A DNA stretch of 47,770 nt from Bacteroidales bacterium (GCA_046545795.1 JBKGZD010000003.1:1-47770); one strand, 5' to 3'; positions 29,431-40,371 are shown, counted from the stretch's first letter. Translations and numbers: made by a program. The notes: generated by a model not told the origin, from the letters alone.

Positions 29431-30966
29431 ATGATAATCAGGGAATTATTCAGATTTATCAGTATAAGCAGCAACAATAAACTGCTGCTTATACTACTTT
29501 TGATTATTCCATTATATTCATGGTCACAGGAAAAACCCCAGAAAATTAACATTTTAAATGCCAATTCTTTAGAATATGACGAGAATCTCAGACCCAATGC
29601 CAGGAGATTTATAGGTGATGTTATTTTTGAGCACAATGACTTTACAATGTATTGCGATAGTGCCTACTCATATCCCAGGGAAAATAAGATAGACGCTTTT
29701 GGGAATGTGCATATTGAGCGAGGTGACACACTCCATCTATATGGAGATTTTTTAAGCTATAACGGCAATAAAAACTTTGGGAAAATAAGAAATAATGTCC
29801 GGTTAAAAGACCAGAAAGCAGAAGTTTACACAGATTCACTTGATTTTTACACAGAAGAAAACTATGCTTATTATTTTGATGGGGGAAAAATCATTAATGA
29901 AGACAATACAATAACCAGCATAACAGGCCATTATTACAGCAGTGAAAAAATGGCTTACTTCAAAGAGGATGTAACAATTAAAAACCCTGATTATACTGTC
30001 GACACAGATACACTGGATTATGATACAGAGGAAGAGATAGCCTACTTTATTGGCCCGACAAATATAAACAATGATTCAAGTTATCTTTACTGTGAAAAAG
30101 GATGGTACAAAACCAAATCCAATCAGTTCCTTTTCACAAAAAATGCACTCTATCAGAAGGAAGAACGAATCATCAAAGGCGATACCCTCTACTATGACAG
30201 AGATAATAATTTTGGACAGATCAAACAATCAGCAGAAATTATTGATACCGCACAAAATATTATCCTAAGAGGAAATTATTCCGAATACTCTGAAAACCCT
30301 CAAACAGCATTTTTAACAGACGAAACCTTAATGATACAGGTAGATAACGAAAATGATTCATTGTTTTTACATGCTGATACTATAAAATCTCATTACGATA
30401 GCTCCGAAACACATCAGATATTCAAGGCCTATTACAAAGTTAAGTTTTACAAAACCGATTTACAGGGAAAGTGTGACTCTCTGTCATATTACAGAGGAGA
30501 TTCAACACTAAGAATGTATTATAACCCTGTTATGTGGTCGGATAGCAACCAGATATCGGCAGATAATATTTCCATAAAATTAAAAGACAATGATGTTGAA
30601 AGCTTTTTTTTAGACAGGAATGCTTTTATTGTAAGTCAACAAGCAGAAGATAAATTTAACCAGATAAAAGGAAAAGAAATGACAGGTTATGTCAAAGACA
30701 AAGAAATTCGTCGTGTTGATGTTGATGGCAACGGGGAAACAATTTATTATACAATGGACAAAAATGAAATTGTTGGGGTTAACAAAGCCATATGCAGCAA
30801 TCTCATTATAAAACTAAGAGAGAATCAAGTTGAAAGAATAAATTTAATTAATGATCCTGATGGTACTCTCTATCCATTAAAAGATCTTGAAGAAACAAAA
30901 TTAAAGGGATTTCAATGGTGGGACCAACATCGTCCCCGGAATAAAAACGATATTTTTGTATGGTAA
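29431..30966 (+). CDS. OstA-like (LptA/LptD N-terminal beta-jellyroll) protein
   Basis: G.V.FEH....YCDSAY, AFGNV.I..GDT, LHADT, QGKCDSL, NQIKG..M, V.GNGE.IYY. Confidence 0.85.
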   Translation: MIIRELFRFISISSNNKLLLILLLIIPLYSWSQEKPQKINILNANSLEYDENLRPNARRFIGDVIFEHNDFTMYCDSAYSYPRENKIDAFGNVHIERGDTLHLYGDFLSYNGNKNFGKIRNNVRLKDQKAEVYTDSLDFYTEENYAYYFDGGKIINEDNTITSITGHYYSSEKMAYFKEDVTIKNPDYTVDTDTLDYDTEEEIAYFIGPTNINNDSSYLYCEKGWYKTKSNQFLFTKNALYQKEERIIKGDTLYYDRDNNFGQIKQSAEIIDTAQNIILRGNYSEYSENPQTAFLTDETLMIQVDNENDSLFLHADTIKSHYDSSETHQIFKAYYKVKFYKTDLQGKCDSLSYYRGDSTLRMYYNPVMWSDSNQISADNISIKLKDNDVESFFLDRNAFIVSQQAEDKFNQIKGKEMTGYVKDKEIRRVDVDGNGETIYYTMDKNEIVGVNKAICSNLIIKLRENQVERINLINDPDGTLYPLKDLEETKLKGFQWWDQHRPRNKNDIFVW

Positions 30967-30968
30967 AG

Positions 30969-30992
30969 AAGGCTCCATGTTTTTGGAGCCTT
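30969..30992. terminator. Hairpin between the convergent OstA-like and DUF2795 genes (likely bidirectional terminator)
   Basis: AAGGCTCCA-TGTTTT-TGGAGCCTT within a 34-bp gap. Confidence 0.7.
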
Positions 30993-31000
30993 TGGTTAAT

Positions 31001-31222
31001 TTAGTATTCATCTTCATTAAAGAAAAAATCATCTTTGCTCGGGTAATCCGGCCAAATATCTTCTATACTTTCATAAACTTCTCCTTCATCTTCTATCTCT
31101 TGTAAATTCTCAATAACTTCCATTGGCGCACCGGAGCGAATAGCATAATCAATTAATTCCTCCTTGGTAGCTGGCCAGGGTGCATCTTCAAGTTTTGATG
31201 CTAATTCTAAAGTCCAGTACAT
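31001..31222 (-). CDS. DUF2795 family protein
   Basis: MYWTLELAS.LEDAPWPATK.ELIDYA.RSGAP, a highly conserved Bacteroidota small protein. Confidence 0.93.
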   Translation of the reverse strand: MYWTLELASKLEDAPWPATKEELIDYAIRSGAPMEVIENLQEIEDEGEVYESIEDIWPDYPSKDDFFFNEDEY

Positions 31223-31268
31223 ATTCTATATTTTGTTTGGTTATGAACTAAAATTATGTAAAATTTTG

Positions 31269-31298
31269 CAAATATAAAATTATTACGTTAAAAGCAAA
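31269..31298 (-). promoter_or_regulatory. Bacteroidota sigma-A promoter for DUF2795
   Basis: TTTG-N18-TATATTTG. Confidence 0.6.
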
Positions 31299-31301
31299 AT
31301 T

Positions 31302-31853
31302 TTATTTTTGCAAGGGTTTCCAAATTATTTCTTCTCCATTCAATTTTTGTAATAATAATCTTGCTAGCATAAATAGATAATCGGATAAACGATTTAAATA
31401 TTGTATTACTATTTCCGGAAATTTATCATCTTCATATAGCCGAATTGCATTTCTCTCTGCCCTCCTGCATACATTACGGGCAATATGTACAAAAGAAACT
31501 GTTGGATGGCCTCCTGGTAAAACAAATGAGTTTAATTCAGGCAATTCTTTCTCCATATTATCAATTAACTCTTCAAGAGTGGTAATATCCTCTTGCCTGA
31601 TTATTGGCAATTCGACAGCGCAATCCTTAGAATCAGCGGCAAGAATTGAAGCACACACCATTAAACGATCCTGGACTGTCAACAACTCATCTTTTAAATT
31701 CCTCGTAATTTGCTGATCTCTTATCAGCCCTATGTATGAAATCAATTCATCCACGGTGCCATAAGCTTCAATACGAATATCGTATTTCGGAACTCTTCTG
31801 CCACCTATTAAAGAAGTCTGACCTGTATCTCCCGTTTTTGTATAAATATGCAT
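31302..31853 (-). CDS. PduO-type ATP:cob(I)alamin adenosyltransferase
   Basis: IYTKTGD.G.TSL, EAYGTVDEL, F.LPGG, AR.VCRRAER, YLNRLSDYLF. Confidence 0.94.
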   Translation of the reverse strand: MHIYTKTGDTGQTSLIGGRRVPKYDIRIEAYGTVDELISYIGLIRDQQITRNLKDELLTVQDRLMVCASILAADSKDCAVELPIIRQEDITTLEELIDNMEKELPELNSFVLPGGHPTVSFVHIARNVCRRAERNAIRLYEDDKFPEIVIQYLNRLSDYLFMLARLLLQKLNGEEIIWKPLQK

Positions 31854-31948
31854 GACTCTGAATTTTTAGGCTCTAACGCTGCCTTTAGTAAATTGTTCAC
31901 CTTTTTTAAGTACATTGATAATTAAAACACACAGAGCCCTGAAAAATT

Positions 31949-32647
31949 TTAATGATTCTGCCCTGTATCTTCTTCTATGCTTCCATCTTTAAGACGAATA
32001 ATTCGTTCAGCGCGTTGTGCAATATCTTGTTCATGTGTTACAAGAATAATTGTATTCCCTTGTTTTTGAATTTCATCAAATAGACTTAGAATATCCATAG
32101 AGGTTTTTGAATCAAGATTGCCGGTTGGTTCGTCAGCAAGAATAATTGAAGGAGAATTGATTAACGCACGTGCAAGCGCCACTCTTTGCCGCTGTCCTCC
32201 TGATAATTCATTGGGTTTGTGATACATCCTGTCGGACAATCCAACGCTTTGGAGAACCTCTTCACCCTTCCTTTTCCTTTCCTGTTTATTGACACCTGCG
32301 TAAACCAAAGGCAAGCAAACATTATCAAGCGCTGTGTATCTGGGCAGTAAGTTAAAGGTCTGAAAAACAAATCCAATTTCCTGGTTTCTTATTTCAGCTA
32401 ATTGGTTGTCACCTAATGTGCTAACATCTTTCTGGTTTAATAAATATCGCCCTCCGGATGGCGTATCTAAACATCCCAGAATATTCATCATTGTAGATTT
32501 TCCTGAACCTGACGGCCCCATGATAGCAACATATCCATTTCTTTCTATGGTCAGGTCAATAGAACGGACTGCCTTAATGACCTCTGCTCCTACGTAATAA
32601 TATTTCTGTATTCCATAAAATTCAATAACAGAATTCATACCCGTCAT
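31949..32647 (-). CDS. ABC transporter ATP-binding protein (LolD/MacB-like)
   Basis: [42 protein letters not shown]. Confidence 0.92.
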   Translation of the reverse strand: MTGMNSVIEFYGIQKYYYVGAEVIKAVRSIDLTIERNGYVAIMGPSGSGKSTMMNILGCLDTPSGGRYLLNQKDVSTLGDNQLAEIRNQEIGFVFQTFNLLPRYTALDNVCLPLVYAGVNKQERKRKGEEVLQSVGLSDRMYHKPNELSGGQRQRVALARALINSPSIILADEPTGNLDSKTSMDILSLFDEIQKQGNTIILVTHEQDIAQRAERIIRLKDGSIEEDTGQNH

Positions 32648-32689
32648 TCATTAAATTTTCACGAATTTAATAATTATTGTCAATTCTCA

Positions 32690-33499
32690 TCAAAATTTTA
32701 TGACAAAGTTCTCCTTTGATAATTCTTTTTTAAAAAACACAATTCCCAATCTAAACAAATCAATAGTAACACGTACCTCTGAGTGTTGTTTAATCTGTTC
32801 CCATGCACTTTCCATCCCCGGTGACCAGTGTATATCGTCTAAAATTACGATGCTATCGTTATGACAGTTTTGAGTAATCATGTTAAAATAATTCAATGTG
32901 CTGCTATAATTGTGATTCCCATCGATAAAAACAAGGTCTAGATGTTGTATCTCATCTAAAATTTTTGGCAATTCTTCTCCAAATTCCCCATTTCGCGCCT
33001 GAATATTCTTAAAACCCTCTTCCTTAAACTTTTTCTTAGCATATTCAAGTTTCTCCTGGCATCCTTCCACGGTTTTTATAATGCATCCAGGATTTCCCAT
33101 AGCCATGTATATTGTACTTAAACCCAAACCCGTTCCCAATTCCAGGATGTTACCCTGTTTGAAATAACCGGCAATATTGTACAAAACTTTTCCAGTCCAT
33201 GCATTTACAGATGAATGTTTTATGAAATTTTTAACTTTGACTTCGTTTGATGCTTTATAAACCGAACCTGCACCAAATAAGGGACAATGTATTAAGCTTT
33301 CATCCTTTTTATAACCGGATATCACATTTTTAAGTCTTACTTTGTCAGGCTCATTTATAGGTGGCTTTAGCACAGACCGGTAAAATGAGAAAATGAAAGG
33401 TGAATGAATCCCATGGCCGTTCCACCTGGCTGTCAATAAATATTTAAAATATTTCAGAACGTAACTGGTATGGATTATACACTTTTTAAAAAAATACAT
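32690..33499 (-). CDS. Class I SAM-dependent methyltransferase (Methyltransf_24-like)
   Basis: GHGIHSPF, LELGT.LG.ST, FIDGNH, DDIHWS.GM..AW. Start uncertain; ATG 33499 chosen. Confidence 0.85.
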   Translation of the reverse strand: MYFFKKCIIHTSYVLKYFKYLLTARWNGHGIHSPFIFSFYRSVLKPPINEPDKVRLKNVISGYKKDESLIHCPLFGAGSVYKASNEVKVKNFIKHSSVNAWTGKVLYNIAGYFKQGNILELGTGLGLSTIYMAMGNPGCIIKTVEGCQEKLEYAKKKFKEEGFKNIQARNGEFGEELPKILDEIQHLDLVFIDGNHNYSSTLNYFNMITQNCHNDSIVILDDIHWSPGMESAWEQIKQHSEVRVTIDLFRLGIVFFKKELSKENFVIKF

Positions 33500-33564
33500 A
33501 GAATAATGAAAATTTCTTCTAATGAATATTAATTTTATACTGAAATTTAAACACAATTGCTGTA

Positions 33565-35670
33565 ATGAGCAATCCTCTTAACAAAGATATTAAATATCTG
33601 CCGGGAGTTGGTCCAAAAAGAGCAGAGTTACTCAAAAAAGAGTTAGGTATTGAATCATTTGAGGATCTACTCTACTATTTCCCATATAAATACATTGATC
33701 GTTCAAAATTTTATAAAATCAGTGAAATCACATCCAACCTCCAACATATTCAGTTAAAAGGAAAAATCACAAAATTTGAGTTAACAGGAAAACCTAATAA
33801 AAAGAGACTTGTCGGGTATTTTTATGATGGCACGGATTTTATTGAACTTGTATGGTTTAGGAAGGCTGGCTGGATTAAGCAATCACTGGAAGTTAATAAA
33901 GAATATATTGTGTTTGGGAAACCAACTATTTTCAACAGAAAAATTAACATAGTTCACCCGGAAATAGAATCTGTGGAAAAATTTGAAGCAAAGATACAAG
34001 CAAATTTACAGGCTTTCTATAATACAACTGAAAACTTGAAAAAGAATTACATCAATTCAAAATTGATACATAAACTTGAGAACAACCTCCTTCAAGCACA
34101 TAAAGACGAACTCTCAGAAACACTTCCTGCTTTTCTCGTAGAACAACTTAAACTTATGCCCCTTAAAAAAGCTCTACTGAATGTTCATTTCCCTGAAAAC
34201 CATCTGGAGCTAAAAAAAGCAAGATACAGGTTGAAATTTGAAGAACTATTTTACATACAGCTTAATATTCTGAAGTTAAGGTACAACCGAATCAAGAAGT
34301 TCAAAGGATTTGTATTTCAGCAGGTAGGACAATTATTCAATAAATTTTACAAGGAAAATCTTCCCTTTGAGCTCACAAATGCCCAAAAGAAAGTATTAAA
34401 GGAGATTCGACAGGATATGAAATCCGGTCAGCAAATGAACAGGCTTTTACAGGGAGATGTGGGCAGCGGAAAAACGCTTGTGGGATTAATGAGTGTATTG
34501 CTGGCTATTGACAATGGGTTTCAGACCTGTTTTATGGCGCCTACGGAAATACTGGCAAGGCAGCATTATGAAAGCATTACGGAATTTTTAAAATCTCTTC
34601 CGATAACTGTAAGAATTCTTACGGGCTCAACAAAAAACAAAGAAAGAAATGAGATTTATGAAGAATTAAAAAATGGTGAAATTGATTTAATCATAGGAAC
34701 CCACGCACTTATCGAAGAAACCGTTCAATTTAAAAACCTGGGGTTTGTAATTATTGATGAACAGCATCGTTTTGGTGTAGCTCAAAGGGCAAAGCTATGG
34801 AAAAAGAACATTCAGCCACCTCATGTTCTTGTAATGACCGCCACTCCCATTCCCCGAACATTAGCAATGACAGTTTATGGAGATTTAGATGTTTCAGTAA
34901 TTGACGAATTACCGCCCGGACGAAAACCAGTAAAAACTGTCCATTTCTATGAATCCAAACGCCTCAGACTTTATAAATTCATGGAAAAAATGATTGCTGA
35001 AGGCAGGCAGATTTATATTGTGTATCCCCTTATCAAAGAATCAGAAAAACTGGATTTGCGCGACCTTGAATATGGTTACGAATGCATTGTCCGGAACTTC
35101 CCTCCTCCAAAATATGCAGTTAGTGTTGTTCATGGCCAGATGAAGCACGAAGAGAAAGAAAAGTCAATGTCATTTTTCGTCAAAGGACAAACACACATAA
35201 TGGTTGCCACAACAGTTATTGAAGTGGGCGTTGATGTACCCAATGCCTCTGTGATGGTTATAGAAAATGCCGAAAGATTTGGGCTTTCACAACTTCACCA
35301 ATTGAGAGGAAGAGTAGGAAGGGGAGCACATCAGTCATATTGTGTATTAATGACATCAGGGAATTTATCTGAAGAAGCGAAAAAAAGAATCGAGACGATG
35401 GTACATTCTAACAATGGCTTTGAAATAGCAGAACAAGACTTAAAACTAAGGGGGCCGGGTGATATAGAAGGAACTCAACAAAGTGGCATACCTTTTGATT
35501 TTAAAATAGCAAATTTAAGTCAGGACAGCGAAATTTTAAAACACGCTCGACAAGTGGCAACAGAAATCCTGGAAAAAGACCCGGAGCTGAAAGATGAAAA
35601 AAATCAAATACTTAGTCAGCAATTAAAACAATTAAATAACAAGAAAGCCAATTATAGCGTTGTTAGTTAA
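33565..35670 (+). CDS. recG: ATP-dependent DNA helicase RecG
   Basis: RLLQGDVGSGKT, APTEILA.QH, IDEQHRFGV, MTATPIPRTL, LHQLRGRVGRG, DL.LRGPG. Confidence 0.98.
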   Translation: MSNPLNKDIKYLPGVGPKRAELLKKELGIESFEDLLYYFPYKYIDRSKFYKISEITSNLQHIQLKGKITKFELTGKPNKKRLVGYFYDGTDFIELVWFRKAGWIKQSLEVNKEYIVFGKPTIFNRKINIVHPEIESVEKFEAKIQANLQAFYNTTENLKKNYINSKLIHKLENNLLQAHKDELSETLPAFLVEQLKLMPLKKALLNVHFPENHLELKKARYRLKFEELFYIQLNILKLRYNRIKKFKGFVFQQVGQLFNKFYKENLPFELTNAQKKVLKEIRQDMKSGQQMNRLLQGDVGSGKTLVGLMSVLLAIDNGFQTCFMAPTEILARQHYESITEFLKSLPITVRILTGSTKNKERNEIYEELKNGEIDLIIGTHALIEETVQFKNLGFVIIDEQHRFGVAQRAKLWKKNIQPPHVLVMTATPIPRTLAMTVYGDLDVSVIDELPPGRKPVKTVHFYESKRLRLYKFMEKMIAEGRQIYIVYPLIKESEKLDLRDLEYGYECIVRNFPPPKYAVSVVHGQMKHEEKEKSMSFFVKGQTHIMVATTVIEVGVDVPNASVMVIENAERFGLSQLHQLRGRVGRGAHQSYCVLMTSGNLSEEAKKRIETMVHSNNGFEIAEQDLKLRGPGDIEGTQQSGIPFDFKIANLSQDSEILKHARQVATEILEKDPELKDEKNQILSQQLKQLNNKKANYSVVS

Positions 35671-35747
35671 TAAATATTTTAACCAAAGAAGTCCTGGTTT
35701 AGTAAACAAAACTATAGGACAAACTAAATGTAGTTAAACGATTATAT

Positions 35748-36578
35748 ATGAAACAAATAAAAGTGATATTTTTTGCAAGTATCTTTAGCTTTATAAGTTT
35801 CCCTGGATACTCACAGAATGAAGAAGGAATATGCACAAACAATAAAGAAGTGTTCCAACCCGGAGAAAAAGTACGGTATGTTCTGACATATAATTGGTTT
35901 CTTGCCTGGACTGACGTAGGTGAAGTTACCTTTGAAGTCATGAATGATAATATTTTTGGACAGGAGGCCTATCACCTTCAGGGAAAAGGAAAAACATACC
36001 GTTTTTATGATTGGTTTTACCAGGTAAGAGACACCTATGAATCATGGGTAGATCCAAGCACACTTCAGCCTCTCTATTATAAAAGAGATGTAAATAATGA
36101 TGGATACAAAATAGATATTAAATATCGATACAACTGGAAAGATAGCCTTGCTTATATGGAATCGGAAAAAACAAGAAAGCCATTTAGCAGAGATACTCTA
36201 AAGATTCCTCAATGTACCAATGATGTGATGTCTCTCATCTATTATGCAAGAAATATAGATTTTTCCCAATATGACATCAATGAGAAAATCCCACTAAACC
36301 TTTTACTTGATACGGAACTTGAAAAGGTATATATCCGATATAAAGGCAAGGAAGTAAAAAAGGTAAGAAAATTAGGAAAATTTAAATGTATAAAATTTAC
36401 AGGCTACCTTGTAAAAGGTGATATTTTTGATGGAGGGGAAGACCTTGAGGTATGGGTGACAGATGATGAAAACAGGATTCCGGTATGGATTGAAAGCCCA
36501 ATAAAAGTTGGAAAAATAAAGGCCAGGCTAATTGAACACGAAGGGCTTAAATACGATATAAAATCAAAAGTAGATTAG
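35748..36578 (+). CDS. DUF3108 family exported protein
   Basis: Signal peptide; F.PGE...Y...Y.W, VRD.YES, VWVTDD.NRIP..IES.I.VG.IKA.L. Confidence 0.8.
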   Translation: MKQIKVIFFASIFSFISFPGYSQNEEGICTNNKEVFQPGEKVRYVLTYNWFLAWTDVGEVTFEVMNDNIFGQEAYHLQGKGKTYRFYDWFYQVRDTYESWVDPSTLQPLYYKRDVNNDGYKIDIKYRYNWKDSLAYMESEKTRKPFSRDTLKIPQCTNDVMSLIYYARNIDFSQYDINEKIPLNLLLDTELEKVYIRYKGKEVKKVRKLGKFKCIKFTGYLVKGDIFDGGEDLEVWVTDDENRIPVWIESPIKVGKIKARLIEHEGLKYDIKSKVD

Positions 36579-36703
36579 GCAAATTAAGGAGATAAAACGT
36601 GGAAAGCTTCAAATTTCTTGAGAATTCCCGGTTGGCAGATGGTGAGATTCAAGGGTGAAATAGCGTGGGAAAGAGTAGGAGAAGAAGAGTTGCGACTGGT
36701 CAA

Positions 36704-36793
36704 AGGGGCAAAGCCCCAAAAATCAATAACACAGGGTGAAGCATCGCGGAACCCTGTGAAAAAAAATCAACTCCATTAAGCTCTGAAAGAGCG
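36704..36793. repeat. Cluster of three GC-rich hairpins (REP/IS200-IS605-end-like, no transposase)
   Basis: GGGGC-AAA-GCCCC; CACAGGGT-N13-ACCCTGTG (36730-36758); GCTCT-GAA-AGAGC (36780-36792). Confidence 0.55.
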
Positions 36794-36859
36794 ATATCTA
36801 TCGTGGCAAAAGAGGTTGACCATCACGTTAAAAACTTATCTATCACTTGGTTAATAAAA

Positions 36860-38110
36860 CTATACCCTCTTTGTAAAATCATCAAAATAATAGAAAAGGG
36901 CACTTATAAAAAAGCTAAAAAACAATACTCCATTTAACCGCCCCATCATAGATTCAAACAGAAAATGAATAAACAATAAGATTACCAGATTTAAGAGTAG
37001 CGTGTTTTTTTCAATAAAAGCCCTGTTAATAGCAATTACAAAAATCCCCACCAGCGATAAAAAACCAAAAACACCGGTTGCAGCGAAAGTTGATAAGAAC
37101 TGGTTATGGGGATTATAAATTCTATCCATCTTAAAATTATAAGTATTTTCAATCTTATCTTCTAATTCCTCTCTAACATCTCCCGTCCCCACACCCAACA
37201 ACACATTATCTTTAATTACGTCGAAGGATGCTTTCCACAATACTAAGCGTATAGCACTGTGTTGTTTTATTGTCTTTTCATCAAAATCCTCTTTATTAGC
37301 TATTTCGTCTATTATTCCCAGACTATCTATAAAACGTTTATTGGTAAATATCACCAATGACAAGAGAATTAATACACTATACAGTATTATGCGAATTTTA
37401 ATTTGTGTAAAGTTCTGGTAAGCAATAACAAAAGCAATAACCACCAATCCAATTAAACCTGCACGTGAAGAAATTAAAAAAGTCAAAAGGGCAAAAACAA
37501 AAATGAAAAAAATAGCAACAATTTTTATCTGCGGTTTATAATTAGAGTTTAAAAAAATATTGTCCTTCAATAATCCTGATAGAATAATAATTGAAAAAAC
37601 AAGGTAGGCAGCATAATAAGAACTGTGATCAAAGATGTAAAAAGTAGAGTAAAATTGTCCTAAAGGCTGATCATAAAAACCCTGGGCAAAACTATTATCT
37701 GAGAGTAGTTGGTATATGAAATTTCCAAAACAAATAACACTTGCAACAAATACCCCAGCTACAAAGGCAAAAAAGATAATATTTTTATGACGCTTTCTTA
37801 GTGGAATAACAGCAAATACCAAAGGAAAGAAAAACAGGGTCAGCCTTTTTTGAATATGGAAAAAAGCAATCTCCTTGTTTTGAGAATATAAGACACTTAT
37901 GAGATAAAGCAGGAATAAAACACTGGTCAATATCAAAAAAATATTCTTCCTGCTTAATAAGTTTCTAAAATTTTGCAACCCGCTTAAAAGGCCAGAAATA
38001 ATAAACACTGCAAGAATATAACGATTTATGACCAGTCCAAAAGGCAATAAAAAACTAAAAACAAGCCCAGTAAAATAATTTAGCCGAATAAGTAAATTGT
38101 AATAAGTCAT
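36860..38110 (-). CDS. O-antigen ligase/Wzy_C family membrane protein
   Basis: About 12 TM segments; SSRAG, R..LW, GVGTGD and NPHNQFL motifs. Confidence 0.85.
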   Translation of the reverse strand: MTYYNLLIRLNYFTGLVFSFLLPFGLVINRYILAVFIISGLLSGLQNFRNLLSRKNIFLILTSVLFLLYLISVLYSQNKEIAFFHIQKRLTLFFFPLVFAVIPLRKRHKNIIFFAFVAGVFVASVICFGNFIYQLLSDNSFAQGFYDQPLGQFYSTFYIFDHSSYYAAYLVFSIIILSGLLKDNIFLNSNYKPQIKIVAIFFIFVFALLTFLISSRAGLIGLVVIAFVIAYQNFTQIKIRIILYSVLILLSLVIFTNKRFIDSLGIIDEIANKEDFDEKTIKQHSAIRLVLWKASFDVIKDNVLLGVGTGDVREELEDKIENTYNFKMDRIYNPHNQFLSTFAATGVFGFLSLVGIFVIAINRAFIEKNTLLLNLVILLFIHFLFESMMGRLNGVLFFSFFISALFYYFDDFTKRV

Positions 38111-38145
38111 TAGAGTTTTGTTATCAAAATTAAAGTTTTGTGCAC

Positions 38146-39165
38146 CTATTCTGCTTTAACTTTTGACGGTTTATTGTTTTTAAATAAATGTTTAACTGAA
38201 AATAAACCTACCAGAGAACCTGTTCCGTAGGAAAAGTGAAGAACAATGAATGACCACAGTATCAACGGGGTTTCCCATCTCCTGCCGGATAAATACAGGC
38301 TTCTCCAAAGCATTAAAATTAAATATATCGCAAATACTACTATTGCTATCCATGCAAAGACAGGTAAGACAATAGCAGCCACCAATGGTAAAACAATACT
38401 CAGAATAAAAAGCAGTGGAATAAAATGCCGTAAACTTAAAGAAGCAACATTCTTTGTAATGTAAGTAGTCAAAACATTCCAACAGCCGTTTTTAAAGCCG
38501 GAACGAGCCAGATGTATTAAATTGCTTCGAAAATAATAATAACATTTAATAGAGGGTACCAGGTAGAGGTTACCTGCAGTCTTCAGAACCCTCTTAGACC
38601 ATTCAATATCCTGGTTGCGAATGAGCCTTTCATTGTAAAGGCCTGCTTTGTTATAAACTGACTTATGGTATATTCCAAAGGGCAATGTATCAACCTTAAC
38701 AGAAACTCTTGAGCCAATCCTAAAAAGAGAGTTACCAACTCCAAAATTATCAGACAATACTTTTTGGATATGTTGACTGGCTGAAGAGTCTTCACTAACT
38801 GTTTTCATAATACCACCTGCACCAGCCGCATCAGGGTGTTCTCCCAGGAAATTAATCAAACCGGAGATGTAACCTGGCGGAAATGAAGAATGCGCTCCGG
38901 CAATCATAATATAATCACCTGTAGCATTCTTAACTCCTGTGTTCATTGAAACAGGTGTGATTTTGCGTGTATTCGTGTATATACGGATATTGTTGTATCG
39001 TTGTTGATAGGACTCTAGAATTTCCCTGGTTCCATCTTCACTAGCGCCATCAACAACAATAATTTCAATTGATTCATATTTATTATTCAGAATTGAATCA
39101 AGGCACCTGCTAATATATTTTTTTTCATTCCTGCAGGGAATTATAACAGACACTTTTTGTTGCAT
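38146..39165 (-). CDS. GT2 family glycosyltransferase (ExoA-like)
   Basis: VSVIIPCRNE, IIVVDG.S.DGT, RNQD.E..R, and C-terminal TM segments with HFSYG.G. Confidence 0.9.
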   Translation of the reverse strand: MQQKVSVIIPCRNEKKYISRCLDSILNNKYESIEIIVVDGASEDGTREILESYQQRYNNIRIYTNTRKITPVSMNTGVKNATGDYIMIAGAHSSFPPGYISGLINFLGEHPDAAGAGGIMKTVSEDSSASQHIQKVLSDNFGVGNSLFRIGSRVSVKVDTLPFGIYHKSVYNKAGLYNERLIRNQDIEWSKRVLKTAGNLYLVPSIKCYYYFRSNLIHLARSGFKNGCWNVLTTYITKNVASLSLRHFIPLLFILSIVLPLVAAIVLPVFAWIAIVVFAIYLILMLWRSLYLSGRRWETPLILWSFIVLHFSYGTGSLVGLFSVKHLFKNNKPSKVKAE

Positions 39166-39237
39166 TGATATTTCTTATAAATAAAACTACATAGCTTACT
39201 CCATCCAGCATAGTAATCGGCATAACATATAAAACTG

Positions 39238-40371
39238 TCAGCTTATTACTTTTTCAAAGACATTGTGTAAGGTTTTACTAATTCTATAACGATCTTCATC
39301 AGTCATACCAGAACCAGAGGGTAAACACAGACCCTTGTTAAAAATATTTTCAGCAACTCCATTTAAATACGCGGGGTAATCTTTAAAGATTGGCTGAAGA
39401 TGCATTGGCTTCCATATATGGCGGGCCTCAATATTTGCATTCTCCAGCTCTAATCTTACCATATTTGGGTTAAGTTGCCCCGTATCAAAAAGCATAGTAG
39501 CTATCCAATAGTTAGAAAAAGCCCCCTCCGGTTCGCACAGGAAATTTATAAAATCATATTTACCAAACTCTTCCAAATAAAATTCAAAATTTTTCCTGCG
39601 TTGTTTAATTCTTTGATCCAGTGTTTCCACTTGCCCTCTCCCAATTCCAGCCAGTATATTGCTCATCCGGTAATTATAACCAATCTCCGAATGCTGATAA
39701 TAAGGTACATCATCTCTCGCCTGTGTACTTAAATACAACGTCCTCTCAGCAATTTCCTTTTCTGCTGTCACCAAGGCTCCTCCGCTCGAAGTAGTAATTA
39801 TTTTATTTCCATTAAATGATAAAACTCCAATATCTCCAAATGTTCCCAATACTCTATCCTGGTATCTGCTGCCCAATGCTTCCGCTGCATCTTCAATCAC
39901 AGGTATTTCATATTTTTGAGCAATATGCTTTATATCGTTAATTTTTGCCGGCATCCCATATAAATGAACCAGGATTAATGCTTTTGGTTTCTTCCCTTTT
40001 TGGATTCTGTCAGCTATAACCTCTTCCAGAAGCTGTGGATCCATATTCCAAGTTTCTTTTTCACTGTCCACAAATATTGGAATTGCTGATTGATAAATAA
40101 TAGGATTCACACTTGCACAAAATGTCAAAGAAGGTACTATAACCTCATCTCCGGTGCCTACCCCAAGGTTAATAAGTGCCAGATGAAGGGCTGCGGTACC
40201 ACTGCTTAACGCCACTGCATGCCCGATATCCAGGTATTGCTCTATTGCATATTCAAATTGATCAACATTTTCTCCCAGTGGAGCTACCCAGTTCTTATCA
40301 AATGCATCCTTCACATATTCTAGTTCAGAACCTGCCATGTGAGGAGGAGATAAATAGATTCGTTTGGCCAT
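39238..40371 (-). CDS. DegT/DnrJ/EryC1/StrS sugar aminotransferase (PglE/EpsN-like)
   Basis: IYLSPPHM, SSGTAALHLAL, IEDAAEALG, SFNGNKIITTS.GG, GYNYRMSN, CLPSGS. Confidence 0.93.
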   Translation of the reverse strand: MAKRIYLSPPHMAGSELEYVKDAFDKNWVAPLGENVDQFEYAIEQYLDIGHAVALSSGTAALHLALINLGVGTGDEVIVPSLTFCASVNPIIYQSAIPIFVDSEKETWNMDPQLLEEVIADRIQKGKKPKALILVHLYGMPAKINDIKHIAQKYEIPVIEDAAEALGSRYQDRVLGTFGDIGVLSFNGNKIITTSSGGALVTAEKEIAERTLYLSTQARDDVPYYQHSEIGYNYRMSNILAGIGRGQVETLDQRIKQRRKNFEFYLEEFGKYDFINFLCEPEGAFSNYWIATMLFDTGQLNPNMVRLELENANIEARHIWKPMHLQPIFKDYPAYLNGVAENIFNKGLCLPSGSGMTDEDRYRISKTLHNVFEKVIS

